A stretch of 64,000 nt of DNA, from NCBI GenBank assembly GCA_036172245.1, contig JAYWIR010000038.1, positions 248,001 to 312,000 of the forward strand, given 5' to 3'. This DNA is from Raillietiella orientalis (Eukaryota). The notes below the pieces were generated by a model. That model was not told the origin of the DNA. It saw only the letters and a program-made list of their open reading frames with translations, and ran no database searches. Of this stretch, positions 1 to 13,904 are shown piece after piece. The translations under genes and the position numbers were made by a program. Within the stretch, counting starts at the first letter, position 1. The number at the start of each line of letters is the position of its first letter.

Positions 1-554
1 GATCGCGCAGTGGATGGAAGCAAAGACCACAGACTGGACAAAGATGGAACCATGGAGTAGGCGGCCGAATACACGCAGCAACATCTTTTCATGGTGTGCT
101 GCTCATCACGGAGTGCAATGAAGCATCCAAGCGCAGTGAACCCAAACACCACCGGCCCACTGCGCATTCGAATGGGCTCGGACTTGCCGTGGAGTACAGT
201 CTGAAAGTCGACGCGGCAGCAGCAGCGGTCGCTATCCTTCGGGACTGACAACTTGCCTGTGCAGATGGTCAGACTGTGGTCAGGCTGCAGGGCAAATAGC
301 GCATCTGTTTAGGTGGCAGCATAGGTCATCAGAGCCCCGCAACGACCTTACGACCACAGTGCACCTGATGGGAAGAGAAGCCGTAGAGTAGAAATGCTAC
401 ATCTTGTTTGCCCTGATTCGGGGACCTCAAGCTGATAAGAACAGGGACGCGGATTCGGTGGTCTTCTCTTTTCCCTTGCTGGCTCTCCAATTTCTGTAGA
501 ATCGTCCACCTTTTCAGGGAGGTCTTACGCAGTTCCTCTTTAACGCTGTCCGCG

Positions 555-1130
555 CCATCCGAGGGTGCGTGTGACTCTTCAAGGTATGGGGTGCCCCGGG
601 AAGGGATCACCCTATGCATCCAAGAAGGCTCCAGAGGAAGGAGTCCGTTCCTCTCTTACGCTTGGGAGGGAACTCTGAAGGGAACCTCCTCTTCCTTGTT
701 CTTTCCTGGAGAGGTCCCAGGAGGGGGTCTCTCATTTTATTCTCCGAAGAAGACCCAGAAAAAATCCGCTTTTAAAATTTCTTTCTCCGGAGGGAGCCCT
801 CAAGGGATTCGCTCCTGGTTTCCTCCTCTAAAGAGAATCTTGAAGAAGCGCTTCCAATTTCTCAGAAGGACGCACCCCCAAAGGGAGCAACGCTCTTGAC
901 ACTTTGGAGAGGCAGCCCTCGAGGGGGTATCAACCAGCTCCATGATACGCGATGGAAGGTCCCCCCCCCAAGGGTGGAGGAGATTTCCTCTTCACCACCG
1001 AAGGGAAACCCCGGAAAGCTCCCCAATTCCCAGAAGAACCTCGGAGGGTCAAATTCCAGTCCCGTCCAGTCAACGGGGTCATCCGTTTTTTTTACCAGTG
1101 CCGCAGCAACCGAAGCCCGTGATTCGGCCA
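555..1130. repeat. Unclassified interspersed repeat family X, copy 1
   Basis: Shares blocks (gtgactcttc, ttcctctcttacgc) with 43180-43790 in the same orientation. Matches 24545-25030 (caaccagctcca) and 26020-26400 in inverted orientation. Confidence 0.7.
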
Positions 1131-1649
1131 GCATCACTCTGCTGAGGGAAGGGTGTAACTCGAAACTCACGACGCACCCCTTCCCCCCCCCATTTCTCGG
1201 AGGGTGGACCTTTCCTCCAATGGGATCCGAACCCGTGACTCTCGGTGCCACTAGCGGAGGCCGCAGCCACACAGCGCCGCGGACCGAAAGATTCGGGGAT
1301 CAGCCGGCACCCGCGGGAGTGCTTCCCGGTGCCGAAGGGGGAGGTGCGGGGTTGGCCTTGAGCTGAATGGGACTCAGGACGCGTGGGACTCCGGTAATCC
1401 AGACGTGCCGGCTTTCCGCCGACGGGATGGAAGTCATCATCAGCCCCGTGACGCAAATCGGGGATGCATCGAGCGGAATGGATGAGACTCCGGCCATCTC
1501 ATAAAACGGGACCAGGGGAAGATTTTTCACCGTCAGGGTGACTCGCGGGGATGGAAATCTCGTGAGGAAGCTTCCCTCCAAAAACCGGGGATTGGCGACG
1601 GGGCGGGGATGGATGGGAGGCGGAGGACCTATTTGTTCCGCGGGGGGAG

Positions 1650-3160
1650 ATGGATGCCCGTTTTATGCAAAAAAAACCCTCCTGCGAAGGCGCGGCGGCG
1701 CTCCAGGCGGCAGCAACCACGGAGGCGGCGCCCAGCTTGGAAACGGCACGCTTTCCCCGGAAAATGATCTGGCAGTGGTTCTGGAACCCTCTGGTTCACC
1801 CAGCCAGACTACGAGGATGGCGCAAGACCGTAGGGACAGTCCCTGAAACACCTTTTGGTGTTTTTTTTTTCGGATGCTTTCTCCCGCCATCAGACTTCGA
1901 ATTCTTTGTCTTCTTTTTTTCTTTTTTAAAAAAAGCACCTATGAAAACCGGGCTGGTGAGCAACGAAATAAGCGGCATCTGACTGAGAACAAATTGGGGA
2001 CAGCACCTGGAACACGGACAGGGCACACCTGGAGTTGCACATCCGGCCGTTAAAGCGCCAATATCCGTCTTAGCGGAATGAACCGCCCCTCAGAACGCTT
2101 TCTTCGCCTTCCTCCTCGGCCACTTATGTTTCGTTTGCCAGCCCTCTCTTCCGGTGAGGATCCGGGCTCATCGCCTCCTCAAAAAAGCCCTATGGGGCGC
2201 TGCAAGGTCCTTGATCCGCCTGAAAAACTTGACGTCGCGGGGCCAGGGTTCCGACCCGACCGTCCACGAAATCGGCCGTCAAGCGCAGTTCCTCCTTTGG
2301 GCACTCTGCGCCAGATCGTGGACTCATTGGTGCGCAACCTATCCTCCGGCGACGCGCTGGGAGCTCACAACTTCCTTCGCTGCTGCCGTGCAGCCGTCGC
2401 AATATGAGAATGGATTTGACTACTCCCTGAAGCATTTGCCCTGATTTCTGGTAGCCTCATCCGTGCATCTCCTGCTACTCTTGACGGAAGGAGGTGTCGG
2501 AGTCCTGAGTGGTCACCCTGGGAGTGCCCCTAGAGAAGCTTCGTTCGCTGTGGAAACTTTCCCGCAAGTTGCTGGAATATTCCCTTCATGACCAAACGCA
2601 GCGGTCCCGGATAGCCACCACCTTTGCCGCAGCACCGTCTGCCCTCTGGGCAAGCGATGACGGCAGCCCAGCCGGCGGGGTAGGAGTTGCTCTGCAGCGC
2701 TGCAGGAGTGGAGGAGCTTCGCGACAGCTGCAAGACGGGGCTGAGTTGGCGGACGGCGCCACTCGTTGGCGGGCGAAGGGACTCCTCCAGTGGAGCGACC
2801 TGCTCGGTGGGCCCCCCCTACCCCCTCCCGAAAAACTCCCGGTCCGTGTTCCCTCCGCCTTGGAAACGGCACGTCCTCCTCACCACTCCATGTTCCCTCA
2901 CCGGAGGGCATTCCGGTAAAACCAGCGCAGGCGCCTGGTTTCCGGAAGGGGGGAGACAATGGGATCGCTCCTGCACTTCCCAGCGTGCCCTAGAGGGCAT
3001 CTGGCCCATCGTCGCAATCCCTGCTGAGCGATGGAGACTCGGGTGCAGCGAAGGGCGCGGCCTGATGAGAACGACTTCGAGGTGGCCTCAACTGCAAGAA
3101 GTCGTCAGGGAGATCGCCAGAATTCAGCACCAGCTACAGGAAGAGAGTGACGTGGCGTGA
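1650..3160 (+). mobile_element. L1/Tx1-like non-LTR retrotransposon ORF2 fragments (C-terminal and post-RT parts)
   Basis: LGVPLEKLRSLWKLSRKL..RSRIATTF resembles the post-RT YLG(I/V)PL...W...GR motif. KKALWGAARS resembles the C-terminal K..IW..R motif. Frameshifted. Confidence 0.5.
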
Positions 3161-4859
3161 GCCCGCGTCCCGGACGACTTCCACGTGACCCTGCACCTGG
3201 CGTCGAGACGACCGCTCCGTTTTCTGCCGCTGGAGATGGGACGGCCAGAGGGGAGGACGGATCCTTCTGGCCGCACGTGACTGCCCCATCCCGAGGGTCA
3301 AGAGGCAACAGCATTTAAAGGAGACTCCATTTCTCTCCTTTGAGAAGGCAAAGGGCACAGCTGCCCTCACTTCCAGTCCTCCCCTCCTCGCCCCCTTCCC
3401 TCCGTAAGTGACCTCCACCCGCCTTCCACCCCAGGTCGACGTCAGCCGGCTGCCATTGCCACGGCATAACGGGCTCTCGCCCTCCACCTCTTCCTCCCTC
3501 CATGCTGAAGGGGAGGGTATCAAGTTGCGCGCTTTGAAGCGATCGAGGCGGAAGGAGGAGGCGCGCGAATCTCTCACTCGTCCCGGCGGCGTGGAGATGG
3601 GAGGGTGGGAGAAGCGCGGCGAGGCATGCCGGTTCCCGGTCCTTCGCCGGCGAGAGGGGAGTTCCCTCCCTTTGAAGGCCGAGGTCTCTGCTGCTCGCGG
3701 GTGCACCCTGGGGCGGGAGGGAGGAAGTTCCTCGGTCTAGGAGAGGCCATCTGACTCCCCCGACCTTGCGTTGTATAGAGCGACCTGCTCTCTCCCTACT
3801 GCACGTGCCAGGTGAAGGGCAGTGTTCCTTGCGAGCCAGAGGGCTGAGCGCTTCCCGAGGGCGCCTCGATTCGGACCGATCCCTCTTGAAGGATCAGTAG
3901 GATCATGGGATGACTTTCGACCCTTTTTCTCGCCCCCTCGTGAAGAGAAAAAGGGGCGGAGGGGGAGAGGAAGAGAAGAGACGGGAAGAAACCCCAACCG
4001 AGGAGAGCGCAGGGCGCACTCCTGGGAGAGGACCCTGTCCAGAACAATCGTCGCGACCCCCGTTGGGGGGTCCCCGCAGGCCTCCCTGGATGCTGATGCA
4101 ACCGGCTAAGTGTTTTTTTATTCTCTCATGTCAGTAGCTCTTCGGACTCGCGCTGGCACGTCGTCCGCGCGGGTCTTCCGGAAGTGAGGGATCCCTGGGT
4201 CCGGCCATCTCCAGGCGGCGGACGCGCGGTCACTCCATCCCGGAGTGCGCGACGCTCCTGCGCTTCCTGCCTGGGCCACCGGCGTAGTTGGCGGCGTTCC
4301 ACCCCAGCAGGTGCTTGGCGGCGAGGCTGCCGGAGAAGCCGCGGCCCAGACCGAAGTCTAGCGACCTCTTCGCCCTGGAAAGAAAGAATCCGCTCTCAGT
4401 CATCGGCCCTTTCCTCCCTGGCAAGGGCTAGGCTCCCAAAACTCACCCTTCCCTCAGCTGTTCCGACGCGTAGAAGTCGCTCAGGAGCTTCCGGTAGCTC
4501 ACCAGGAAGCGCAGGGCCTCCAGAAGCGACGCCTCGTCCACCTTCTCACCGTCCATCGTCATTATCTGGCCTTCCGCTTCGGAGTCCCTGCAAGAGGGAG
4601 GGGGACAGAGAGCGTGAGATAGGGGGTCTGCCTCTTCCGGAACGGAGGGAAAGGCTGCTCAACGGAAAGCCCTTGACGGAGGGGCGGGCCACGTCTCCAG
4701 CCAAGTACACCCGGACGGCAGAGCCTCCGTCCGCCGGTGCGCGCGCGATACCCGCATCGCCTCGAGGATCCCGCCAGAGTTCGCGAAGGGAGGGCTACCC
4801 AAGAGGGATGCTGATCCCCGGTTCTCTGGAGGCGATCCCTCTGCGGCCGCGGATGCAGT

Positions 4860-4960
4860 AGGAAAAAAGGAAAGGAGGAAGGAAGGAAAGAGAAGGAAAA
4901 AAGGAGGAGGAAAGGAAGAGGAAGAAAAGGGAAGGAAGAGGAGGAAAGGAAGTGGAAGAT
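4860..4960. repeat. Purine-rich (GGA/GAA) low-complexity tract
   Basis: Almost pure A/G run; similar tracts at 15595-15720 and 49500-49570. Confidence 0.8.
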
Positions 4961-5049
4961 GCAACCGACTCACGAACGCACGACGCGGCGCCATCGCAGC
5001 TGATCGCCGAGCGCAGGATGGTGAGATGAGAGACACGAAAATAAGGAAA

Positions 5050-6000
5050 AAAGGGGATGAGGAAGGGAGCAGAGGCAAGGAAAAGACGCCTGCAGCGAAG
5101 AGCTTACCTGCTGGGCAAAGAGTGCCCGACCATCGCCGAAACCATCAGCAAAAGGAAGGTGGAGGCCAGGCGAGAGACCATTCTGGAGATGCTGAAAGAC
5201 ACCCCCCCCTCGTTACGTTCATCTCAGCGGGCGGCCTTCACGGATGAGCCGTAGCTGACTTCCCGTGCGCGTAGTGTGGGCGCTTGCGGAGGTGACCACC
5301 ACGCCCACGAGGACGTGGTGTAAAGCCGGGTGCATGCATGCAAAGCCGACGGGCGCTGTCGAGCCCGGAGCCAGGCGGCGGCCCGTCCGCCGATCGGACG
5401 TTTTTCCTTCCCTTTGTTTCCTCCACCCTCCTCCCCTTTCGGATAGCACGGCGCGGTGGGCTTTTCTGGGCCTGGAGGTGACCGGAAGAGGCGCACTGAC
5501 TGGAGGTGGCGACCGAAAGCCTCGCGAGTCGCGCGCCAGCGCTCGCCCCCCCTCCGGCCGAGCGCGTGATCGTTTCTGTGGGCGCACTCTCTCTCCCCCG
5601 ACAAGAGAGCGGCTTGATCGATGGAGGCGCGTCCTCTCGCAACCAGAGAAATCTCTTAATGACATGCCCGAGGACACGGACGTGCTCATCCCGCCGGAGC
5701 GCAGAGCAGTAATTACACGCTCGAGGGATTCGTGGGTCATCCGAACGACGCCGCATCGCCCGGCCAACGTGCCTCACGGAAACGGGCTCGCCGTGGTTCC
5801 CAAGGAAACGGGACGGCCGCGGTTTCCTCCCCCTCGCTTGCTCGAGGGGAATGAGGGCAACTGCCCCGATCCGGGTGCAGGGCTGCCGCTCCCGGAGTTG
5901 TGCGACCGGGTCCCTGGACCCTCCGAGGGGTGCATCGTATGGGCGGGATGACGCGGCGAGGCTTCAGGCGCCCACGCGGGCGACCCGAGTGGACGCCGTC
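5050..6000 (+). mobile_element. L1/Tx1-like ORF2 relic (EN-RT linker and RT start)
   Basis: AYLLGKECPTIAETISKRKVEARRETILEML resembles the linker. GLAVVPKETG resembles the RT I.LIPK motif. Confidence 0.45.
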
Positions 6001-9000
6001 CGTCCCCGCGAGCGGAGCACAGTAAGGGGGCCTAACTGCCAGGGAGAGACCTCCCAGGAAATGAAAATTCCTTCGGAACTCCCTCGCCCCCGAGCTGGAA
6101 GCCACGCGTCCTCACGAGACCCCTACCCTTATCCTTCCCACTCCCCTTCTCCTCTTCCCTCCCCCCGGCCTACTCGGTTCCCTCCTTTGTCCCCGAGGGA
6201 GATCCTTGTCTCCCGGGGGTTCCCCGCTCGGTCGCAATGACGGCGCCAGATCGTTCGGACGGAGGAAACGGATGCGCCGCAGCCCACTCGGGGTGACGGC
6301 AGCGCCGATGGCTGCGTGGAGGAAAGGTATCGGCGGGTGTTCCTGCCCCTGCCACCTCGGAGAGGCTACGGCGACAAAGAGCACGCCCTCCTCGGAGGCA
6401 GAGGGCGGGCCCAGCACGGAGGCGTCTTCCTTCTCTGTTCTCTATCCTCCGTCCGGGACCACCAATTTGGCTCTGCCAGACGAGGGGATGCCACTCGAGA
6501 GCCCTCCGTGCATTCGCCTCCCCCGTAGGGAGCACGGGCAGGATGAGAGTCCGAGGCCACCGGAGCGGGCGCGGGCCCAGCAACCAAACTCTCGCGTCCC
6601 CCTGGCAACAGTGGCGCTCGATGGAGCGGCCGGGAAGACGGCGGCGCCTTCAGGAGCCCACGAAGGGAGGGTTGTCCCCGGTGGCAGGGTGGTCCTGGTG
6701 GCGAGGCTAAGATGCGGCAGGACTACTAGGGGAACCCACGAGTCCCATCAGTGCTCTTCCTGAAGAGCCGGCTACGGCGATGCTGCTCCGCGGAAGGCTC
6801 CAGCGGAGGAGCACTGGGACACGCCGGCTCCCGCACAACGGACCGGCATGTCCCGCACGGACGACGACGCGCTCCCAAGGGATTCCGGCAGCGCCCTCGG
6901 GTTGCTGGGCAGCCAGGATCGAGGAGGAAGGGTGGTCCCTGCCGCCCGACCGTGGGGACATCCCGGGGAAATTCCCGTCGACGGGAGCGCGGGACTCCGG
7001 AGCAGACCCCCGACCCTTCCGGGAAGAACCCAGGAAGTTGGAAGCGACGAAGAACTTCCTCCCGCAGACGGACTTCGCGAGACCTGGGCGGAGCGGGGAG
7101 ACCGCTGGCTTCCTCCACGGCGCCATGCCACAGTGGAGGCAAAGCGCCCGTTTGGCGCACTGCCGTGCCAAGAGTGCACTCGCACGATCTCCTTGTAGAA
7201 GGTCCTTAGTGGAAGCAGCCCGCCGGGCACCCGAGATCGCCATCTCCAGGCCATCGCGCGCAGAGTCCTCCCCCGCCCTCTGTGCAGGGCGACCGTCCTT
7301 CACTGCCCTCGTCACCGACAGGCATTTCCCGCAGGCTCCGGAAGGGGCAACCCACTGCCCCAGGACGCGCCCAGGGCAGCCCGCTAGTGCCTTCCGCGTC
7401 CCCTAGACAGGAAGCTGGGAATGCTGAGCAGGCGGGCCCCGTGAGAAGCTCCTGGGAAGGGCCGAAACCATGGCAACAGCAGCTCCGGAGTGGCCGCTGC
7501 GAGAAGGAACGAGCGCACTGGTCGGCGCCAGCCGCGTGCCCCAGTGTCGGCCCCCGGGTCCAAGTGGGTGGGCGGGAGGGAGGGAGCGTACCCTTCTCCT
7601 GGAGACCTCCTGGTGTCGGAGGGCGTCTCCCGAGAAGCGAAGGCGGAACCCCCTTGCTGCTCGGCAGGAAGGGCCACCTTAACCGCCCGCCCCCTTTCTT
7701 CTCCCCGGGAACCCCGGCAGCGTCCCCGCACCTCCCGGGATTTCCCATCCGCACCGATCTTCCGTTCCACGCGCACTCCATGCAGCCGCTGGATCTCAGA
7801 GATCACCTCAGGAAAAAGTCAAGAGGCTCCCCGAGCGCGGAAGCAAGGAAGGGACTCTTTGTTCCCCGTGCCCTCCGCCCTGACCTGCTCCTCCGCCTCC
7901 ATCGACAGATGATGCCGTCACGGCACCCGGAAAAGGTCGGGCGCGCATTTACCGGAGCACTGGAGACCCCGGCTGACCCAGGGACGCAGAAGAGAAGTGG
8001 GCAGGAAGAGGGTGGTGGAGCCCATTCCGACAGCTCACCCGGACCTCCCTCGTTCCGCGTGACCCATGGCGTCCCCCCTCTTCTCCCCCCGTTTTGTGGA
8101 GCCGAGGTGCCCTTTGATCTCCCTGTCCGCCTTCCGGTCCCCCTGGGTGCGGAGGATCACCCGGCGAAGACGTCGTGTTGATCCTTCCGGGCGCAAAGAG
8201 GAGCGGGAGTCGCAGACCCAGGTTCAGGTTACCACGGGAACAGGGTGGAGCGTCGTGAAATCGCCTGTGTTGCATCCGCGGGGTTCGGCAAGACAGGAGA
8301 AGACGGGGGGCATCCTTCCACTCTTGGCGACCTCCTGACAAGACGCCGCTGTCGTCGACATGACCAGCAGCAGCGCCGTCTCAGTGCCGCCCTTGGGCGC
8401 AGGGGCTCCAAAAGACCTTCGAAAGCATCCCCCATCCTCCCACTCCCGTCGCCAAGCAGTCCGGCAGTGGGGAAAGTGTCTCTAACGTGGCCGACGCGGC
8501 TGTTGCTGGGGTTACCCGAGAGCTCTCACGAGCGCAGCCCCCGCCTTATTCCCCACTTCTCTGCCCAGCGTGGTGCAGTCCAGAGACCGGAGGCTGCACC
8601 GAAATCGGGATGCCATCCTTGCAGCGAGCGGAGAGTCCCCCTCAGCCGATGGAGCGCGAATAAGACCCCAGTGCCCTCTTTCTATCACCGCGCCTGGGTT
8701 CCTACCCCCATTGTCACCCCTGGCAACGGAGGAAAGCGCAAAGTCTCTTACCGTGGATTCTTGGACAGGTTCCTTGTGCGCAACCGTCCCTCGGGCAACC
8801 GACTCTGAGGAGTTTCTGCCGCCTCCTTCTTTTATCCCTCTCGTCTTCCTACGTCACGAACCGCCCTGAAGCGCCTGCGCTCCCGGGAATCTCATTGTTC
8901 CCAGCACCGCGCGGACCAGGTCCACGGCCAGCAACATACCGAGCTCGACTCCCGTAGATCCATGCCCGAATCGATGATGGCTGCTCGCGAGGCCCGCGGC

Positions 9001-9235
9001 CCTCCCGGGGACTCCCTTTCTAACCCGCTTAAATCCCTTCCATCGTCTTGTGTGCCCCTTAAATGGAGGAAGGACGTGGGAGACGACCTCTAGCGCCACC
9101 GACCGTGGAGTCCTTGCGCAGACAGGGGCAGCCGAAGGTACACTGACCTTAGTGATCCACGACTTGCCGCGTGCTCCTGTTGAAGAGGTCTTCATTATCC
9201 GCCCGCTCGCAGAGACGACCGGGACACGCCCCCCC

Positions 9236-9445
9236 TCTCACAGTAGGAGGCGCAGCTCGGCCCCTACCCCCTTCCCCTGGAAAAGTACGGGCGGCTCCTT
9301 CGCGAGCGAACGGGCGGGCCTGCAGAACGAGCTGGGGGCTTTCATCGCCGTTAAGTCGCTCCTGAGAGACTTAACGGTGACTGCTTCCCGCAGGCACTCG
9401 CGACCGGGATGCACGGGACAGGGACTGACTGGCAACCCCTGAAGG
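9236..9445. repeat. Dispersed repeat, inverted copy at ~16985-17222 (retroelement fragment)
   Basis: cagtaggaggcgcagctcggccc...gggatgcacgggacaggg closely matches the reverse complement of 16985-17222. Confidence 0.85.
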
Positions 9446-9728
9446 AGGTGCCGTCTCCGACCGCGGTGCCGTCGCTGTGGCGGTGGGCGGGCTCGAGAGC
9501 CACCTTGGGCGGAATCTGCAAGCACCACCGAGCCTTCATCCTCCTGCCTGCAGCCAATCAAAGAGGAGGGCTCGTCCCTGCGACCTGGCATCCCGTTGTG
9601 CCCGATCCCGGTTTGCTTCTGGAGTGTGTAGGGTCTCCGCCTACTTCAGCACCCCGAGAATTCATCCCCCTGAGGCCGGCAGAGTGTGCCTTCTCTTGCA
9701 GGCAGTGACCGAGACCGTGTGTGACCTC

Positions 9729-10180
9729 CCGCCTCGTGTAGCGCCCCAGTCGCGCCCCCGGGAAGCGCGCCCTCCGTCGGCGCCGAAGCGATTTCCGGGG
9801 CGGTCGGCTGCGAGCATCAGGGAAGCTCACTGGCAGGATGCAAGTCCAACGCACCACCGACTCTCCCGCATCACCTGGACAGCGGGAAAAGTCCCGGCGT
9901 AGGAGACGACCCCTCAGGAATAGCCCCTACCCTCGGGCACCCCTTAGACTCCCCCCTCTTAGGATGCAACAAAACGCCTTCTTCTTCCTGCACCTCGGTC
10001 TCCGGAGCAACGCCATACGAGGCTCTCCACGAATCCAGAGGCGGGGCGGCGTCCCCACTGCGCACCCGCCGCGTGGGAAAAGAGACCCTATCGCGCGCGC
10101 CGCTGGACTTCCCGGGGCCGCCGCGGAGGAACACGGCATGCGTCGGGTCCATCCGTGTCCCCCCCTGCCGAAAAACAGCC
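9729..10180. repeat. Near-identical direct duplicate of 22632-23085
   Basis: About 450 bp with only a few substitutions; the ORF translations are nearly the same in both places. Confidence 0.95.
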
Positions 10181-11507
10181 CACTCAGGACCTCCCAGCTC
10201 GAGGACTCCCCCTCTTGAGAAGGGCCACGTGACCGGGAACGAGATCGCGTACTTCCACTTCAAGACACTGAGACGCCAGGACCAGTTGGACGCTGGGCAG
10301 GCATCCGCCGTCGGAGCTGCACCACCACCACCACGGGCATGGGGGTCGCCCTCGTTCGTATTCCTCAGGCTCTTCAGGTCACTGGCTCGGTAGTCTCCTT
10401 CGATAACGGAACGACCCGGCGGTCAGCCCGCTCAAAACGAGGCTGCACCCACGACGAGCGGGAAGCCCGCCGACGCCGCAGGCGAAAGGAAGACGCCTCC
10501 TGAGGAGGGACGCCCCGCAGGCTCATCTTACGAGCCTGCGGTGTGTGCTGGGAGATAGTCCGCCGACCTGCAGGGCCGCTCCCGTCGCTCTGGTGGGCAG
10601 CTTTGCGTCCCGAGAGCGCCCCGAGGCCGCCTAGTGAGGAGGAGTCGAGGGGATGCGACAAGTCCGCAAAGATGGCGGACCCCCTCCGGCTTCGTTCGCG
10701 TCCGCTCCACGCCGGAAGAGAAGGCAGCAGGAGAGGGAAGGAGAAACGTGACGAAGGGGCAGGTCATCCCGCGGCGTGCTGACTGGGACGCGACTGCGGG
10801 AAGAGACCTGCCCCCTCCGGAAGAGCCTGGCAGATGCGCCGGACCACAGAGGAACGCCGGAGAGCCCCCCAGGCTGGATGCGGGCTGCTTTTCCCTGAAG
10901 GCCCCTCTTTCGCTGTCCTTCCAAGGTGACCATGGAAGAAGATAGCCTCTCTTCGCAGATCTGCTGCGTTGCTGCAAGGACACGACAGTGGCGCCTCACT
11001 ACAAACGGGCCGCGGACCGGAGAGCGGCGTGGCGACGCCTCCTGCGCGGTGACTCTCTCCTAGCGCATCTCCCTTCCCCCTCGTGAAAGGGAAGTTGCGA
11101 GGTCGCTCTCTTGTTGCATGGCACCTGCATCTTGGCCTCGGGGCTTTTCTGTGGTAACGCCCCCACCTTTTGAGGTCTTCTAGGCGGTGCTCGTCGTGAC
11201 GCAAAGACGAAGACATGCCTTTTTTTTTTTTTAATCTCCTGTGACTTCAGAGTGGACGCTGTCCTCCTGGAAGAAATGCGTACGGATCCACCTTTTGTCT
11301 TCTCCAGATGCCGCATCGGAGGGCCTCTCTGGGAAGCCCCCATCGATCAATCGGGGTTCGAAGTGTTTCCATCGGGCGGCGGATGGGCAATCAGTGAGTC
11401 GCATCCTAAAGAGTCCTTGCGCCTGAGCGGGTGGAGCAGAGTAGCCGAGCCAAGGGCCTCAGGTCAGGCGATTCGTTGAGGGTTGAGTGCGGGGGGGGGG
11501 AGCTGAA

Positions 11508-12174
11508 AGGCGGACTGCCGCCGAAGAGAAGTCGCAGGGCTGCCACCCCCGTCTGCACCTCAGCCCACGAGAAGCGCACCACCTCCTCCTGGGACCGGTC
11601 TCCTCCTCACGCAGGAGCGTGGGGTGGGGACGGACGCCTGCGCGACTCGCTTTCCGGGCCGAGACCCCGCGAAGGATTGGTTCCCGTGCGAGCAGAGGGC
11701 CACCATGCGCCTTCTGCAACCTCCCTCGGTGCCTCGCTCGCGGGCCGCCCAAGATCGGACGGCGGACCTCCGGACGGAGGGGCGGGCACACAGACCACGC
11801 CGGTCCCTCCCGCCCCTGGCCGGAAGCGCGGGCGAGGGCGCTGCGTCATCTTTCCGGCTCCTTCGGTCTCCCGCTAGCCGCAGCAGGCGGTAATCGAGGG
11901 ATGCGTTAGAATGAGGACCAGAGTTCTGACGGTAGCGTTTCGGGATGCGGCGCCTTCCGAAATGCCACCGTCGCTCTCCGACCCGCAGCGACCCATGCGA
12001 CCTTCCCCCATCCCCGAGAGTGGACTGGAGGCTGCGTGCCGCCTTTTCCTTCCGCTTCTGAGGCTGTTGCTCCAGCTGCACCCGTGAGAAGTTCGGCGTG
12101 ACCTTTCCAGTCTGAAGTGAGCTTGAAGGCGGTCCTTTTGTTTGCCTACCCCCAGGGGGTTTCCAGGACCGCCG
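11508..12174. repeat. High-identity direct duplicate of 21209-21875
   Basis: About 670 bp colinear match with scattered substitutions. Confidence 0.95.
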
Positions 12175-13904
12175 GCTGGGAGAGGAGGGTGGAGGGACTG
12201 AATGCAGATGCATATCTGACGGGGGGGTTATCTGATTGTATGGGACTGTGAGCAGGAGGGGATGACCAGACCCTGAGGTGACGGTGGATGCTTGCGACGT
12301 CATTCCGCGTTGGACTTGAAACCCCGAGCTTCCCTTTCCGCAAGAGCGTTCCAGCAGCACGTCTGCGGAAGTCTCTTCATCTCCGCATCGGCTGCAGAGT
12401 GGGCATGCTGGTTACCCCGCGGCACTGCTGCGGATGTCGCAGCAGCGACTAGCAGGGCGATGGAGTGAGTGCTGCAGCAGGAGGGAAAGCATGGCGTCGA
12501 GGCTCAGGGTCGGGTCGGCGTGAGCATGTCCTCTCCGCCGAGAGACCAACCCGGCTTCGCTGGTCAGCTAACCAGCTGGCATTCCGACCCTTTCGCTTCG
12601 TGCCTTCGAGCTTCGAGGGTGTCCGGAGCGCTGTCCCTGCACGACGTCAAGCGGACCGAAGATCCACCGGTCACGCAGCTGACCATCACTCCTCTTCCGG
12701 TGCTCACGGCGACGGGATGCCGCAAAATCCAGCCTACCCCGTGAGATCCCCTTCCAAGGCAGCGTGGCCTCTGCGCAGGGCGTGGCGCGCAGAGGCCCGC
12801 TGCTGCCTCCGGAACGACCGTCTGTCATCCTGCTAGCCAAGAACAATCTGACTATTCTCCGGCGCCGTGGCTTCATCCAAGCATAGTTCTTCTGCAGTTG
12901 CAAGAATCCGGGACTCAACAAGGGGGCGGGTCGTGGACCTAACTCGAATGGAGAGCAAGGGGTAGGTGGCTGCTCGTGGGCTTCGAGATTCGTGCCAGGG
13001 CATCCAGAGGCTCCTGACGCTGGACTGAGCTCGAGATGTTGGTGCCGGCACGCTCGAAGGAGAGAGGAACCAACCGTTACCCCGGCCACCGCCGCGGCGC
13101 GGTGTGCGCGAATGTGGTCCTGCCTGAGGGCAGTCGACGAGGAAGAACTCGCCCACATAGTCCGGAGACACAGCAGTAGGGAGGCAGGGTTGACCACCCA
13201 TCTGGGAGAGGAGCGGATGGGGATGAGGATGGACCATTTGCAATCACGCACGAGGTCGGAATCGATCGACCCTGTCGTTACCAACATGCGCGCGCATGTC
13301 AAGAGGTCACAATCTGCACAAGGAGCGCGCGCACGGCTCCGCGACTCGCCCCGAAAGTGCGGGTGGGTGGCTGGCGGATGAGGTCGAGATCGCCCGACAG
13401 AAGGCGACCTCGATCTCTGCACGCTCGCGGGTGCCGCAATCGGGTCAACGAGCCCGACGCAGCGATGCGCACGCGCAACTTGTTGCTTGGACGGTCTGGG
13501 ACGGACAGCCGCGTCGCCGACCACCGCCTTCCTCGACCGCCGACACCCGCAGCGGCGACATCGGATCGGGGTCAAAGCGCCTCCCCTCCGGGAAGGCCTC
13601 CTCCCCCGCGTGGCCCCTGCGCCAGAAGGCTGGCTGAACTCCTGGAAGCTACAGAGCACTCGTGACCGGGACGCCCTCTGGCGGCGTTCGGCGTTCGAGA
13701 GTCCCACAGGAAGGTCCCGGCGGGTCGCCTGCCCGGACGAGGGGATGCGCAACGAGCGCACATCCCCGCATGTGCGGTCCTGGAAAAGAACGCTGGACTG
13801 CGAGGTCTGGGCAAGGGACCGGGGCACCAGACCTGGAGGCCCAGCCCGACCGCCTAGCTGGACGAGCAGGACCGGAGGGGGGATGCTCGACCCCACTGCA
13901 GCAG

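Larger units (their letters stand above)
9729..12174 (-). mobile_element. L1/Tx1-like ORF2 relic (linker and RT), interrupted
   Basis: Minus strand reads GKVTPNFSRV..LQST (linker), AVFRQG (degenerate KAFD) and GAIPEGSSPTPGLF (degenerate G..QG.PLSP.LF). Confidence 0.5.

Noticed and set aside
1..540. Possible RT or zinc-finger remnant at the window start
   Set aside because: Motif resemblance is too weak to call.
1060..1125. FGCCG..DW resembling a tetraspanin loop
   Set aside because: The CCG is not conserved in other family-X copies and there are no transmembrane segments.
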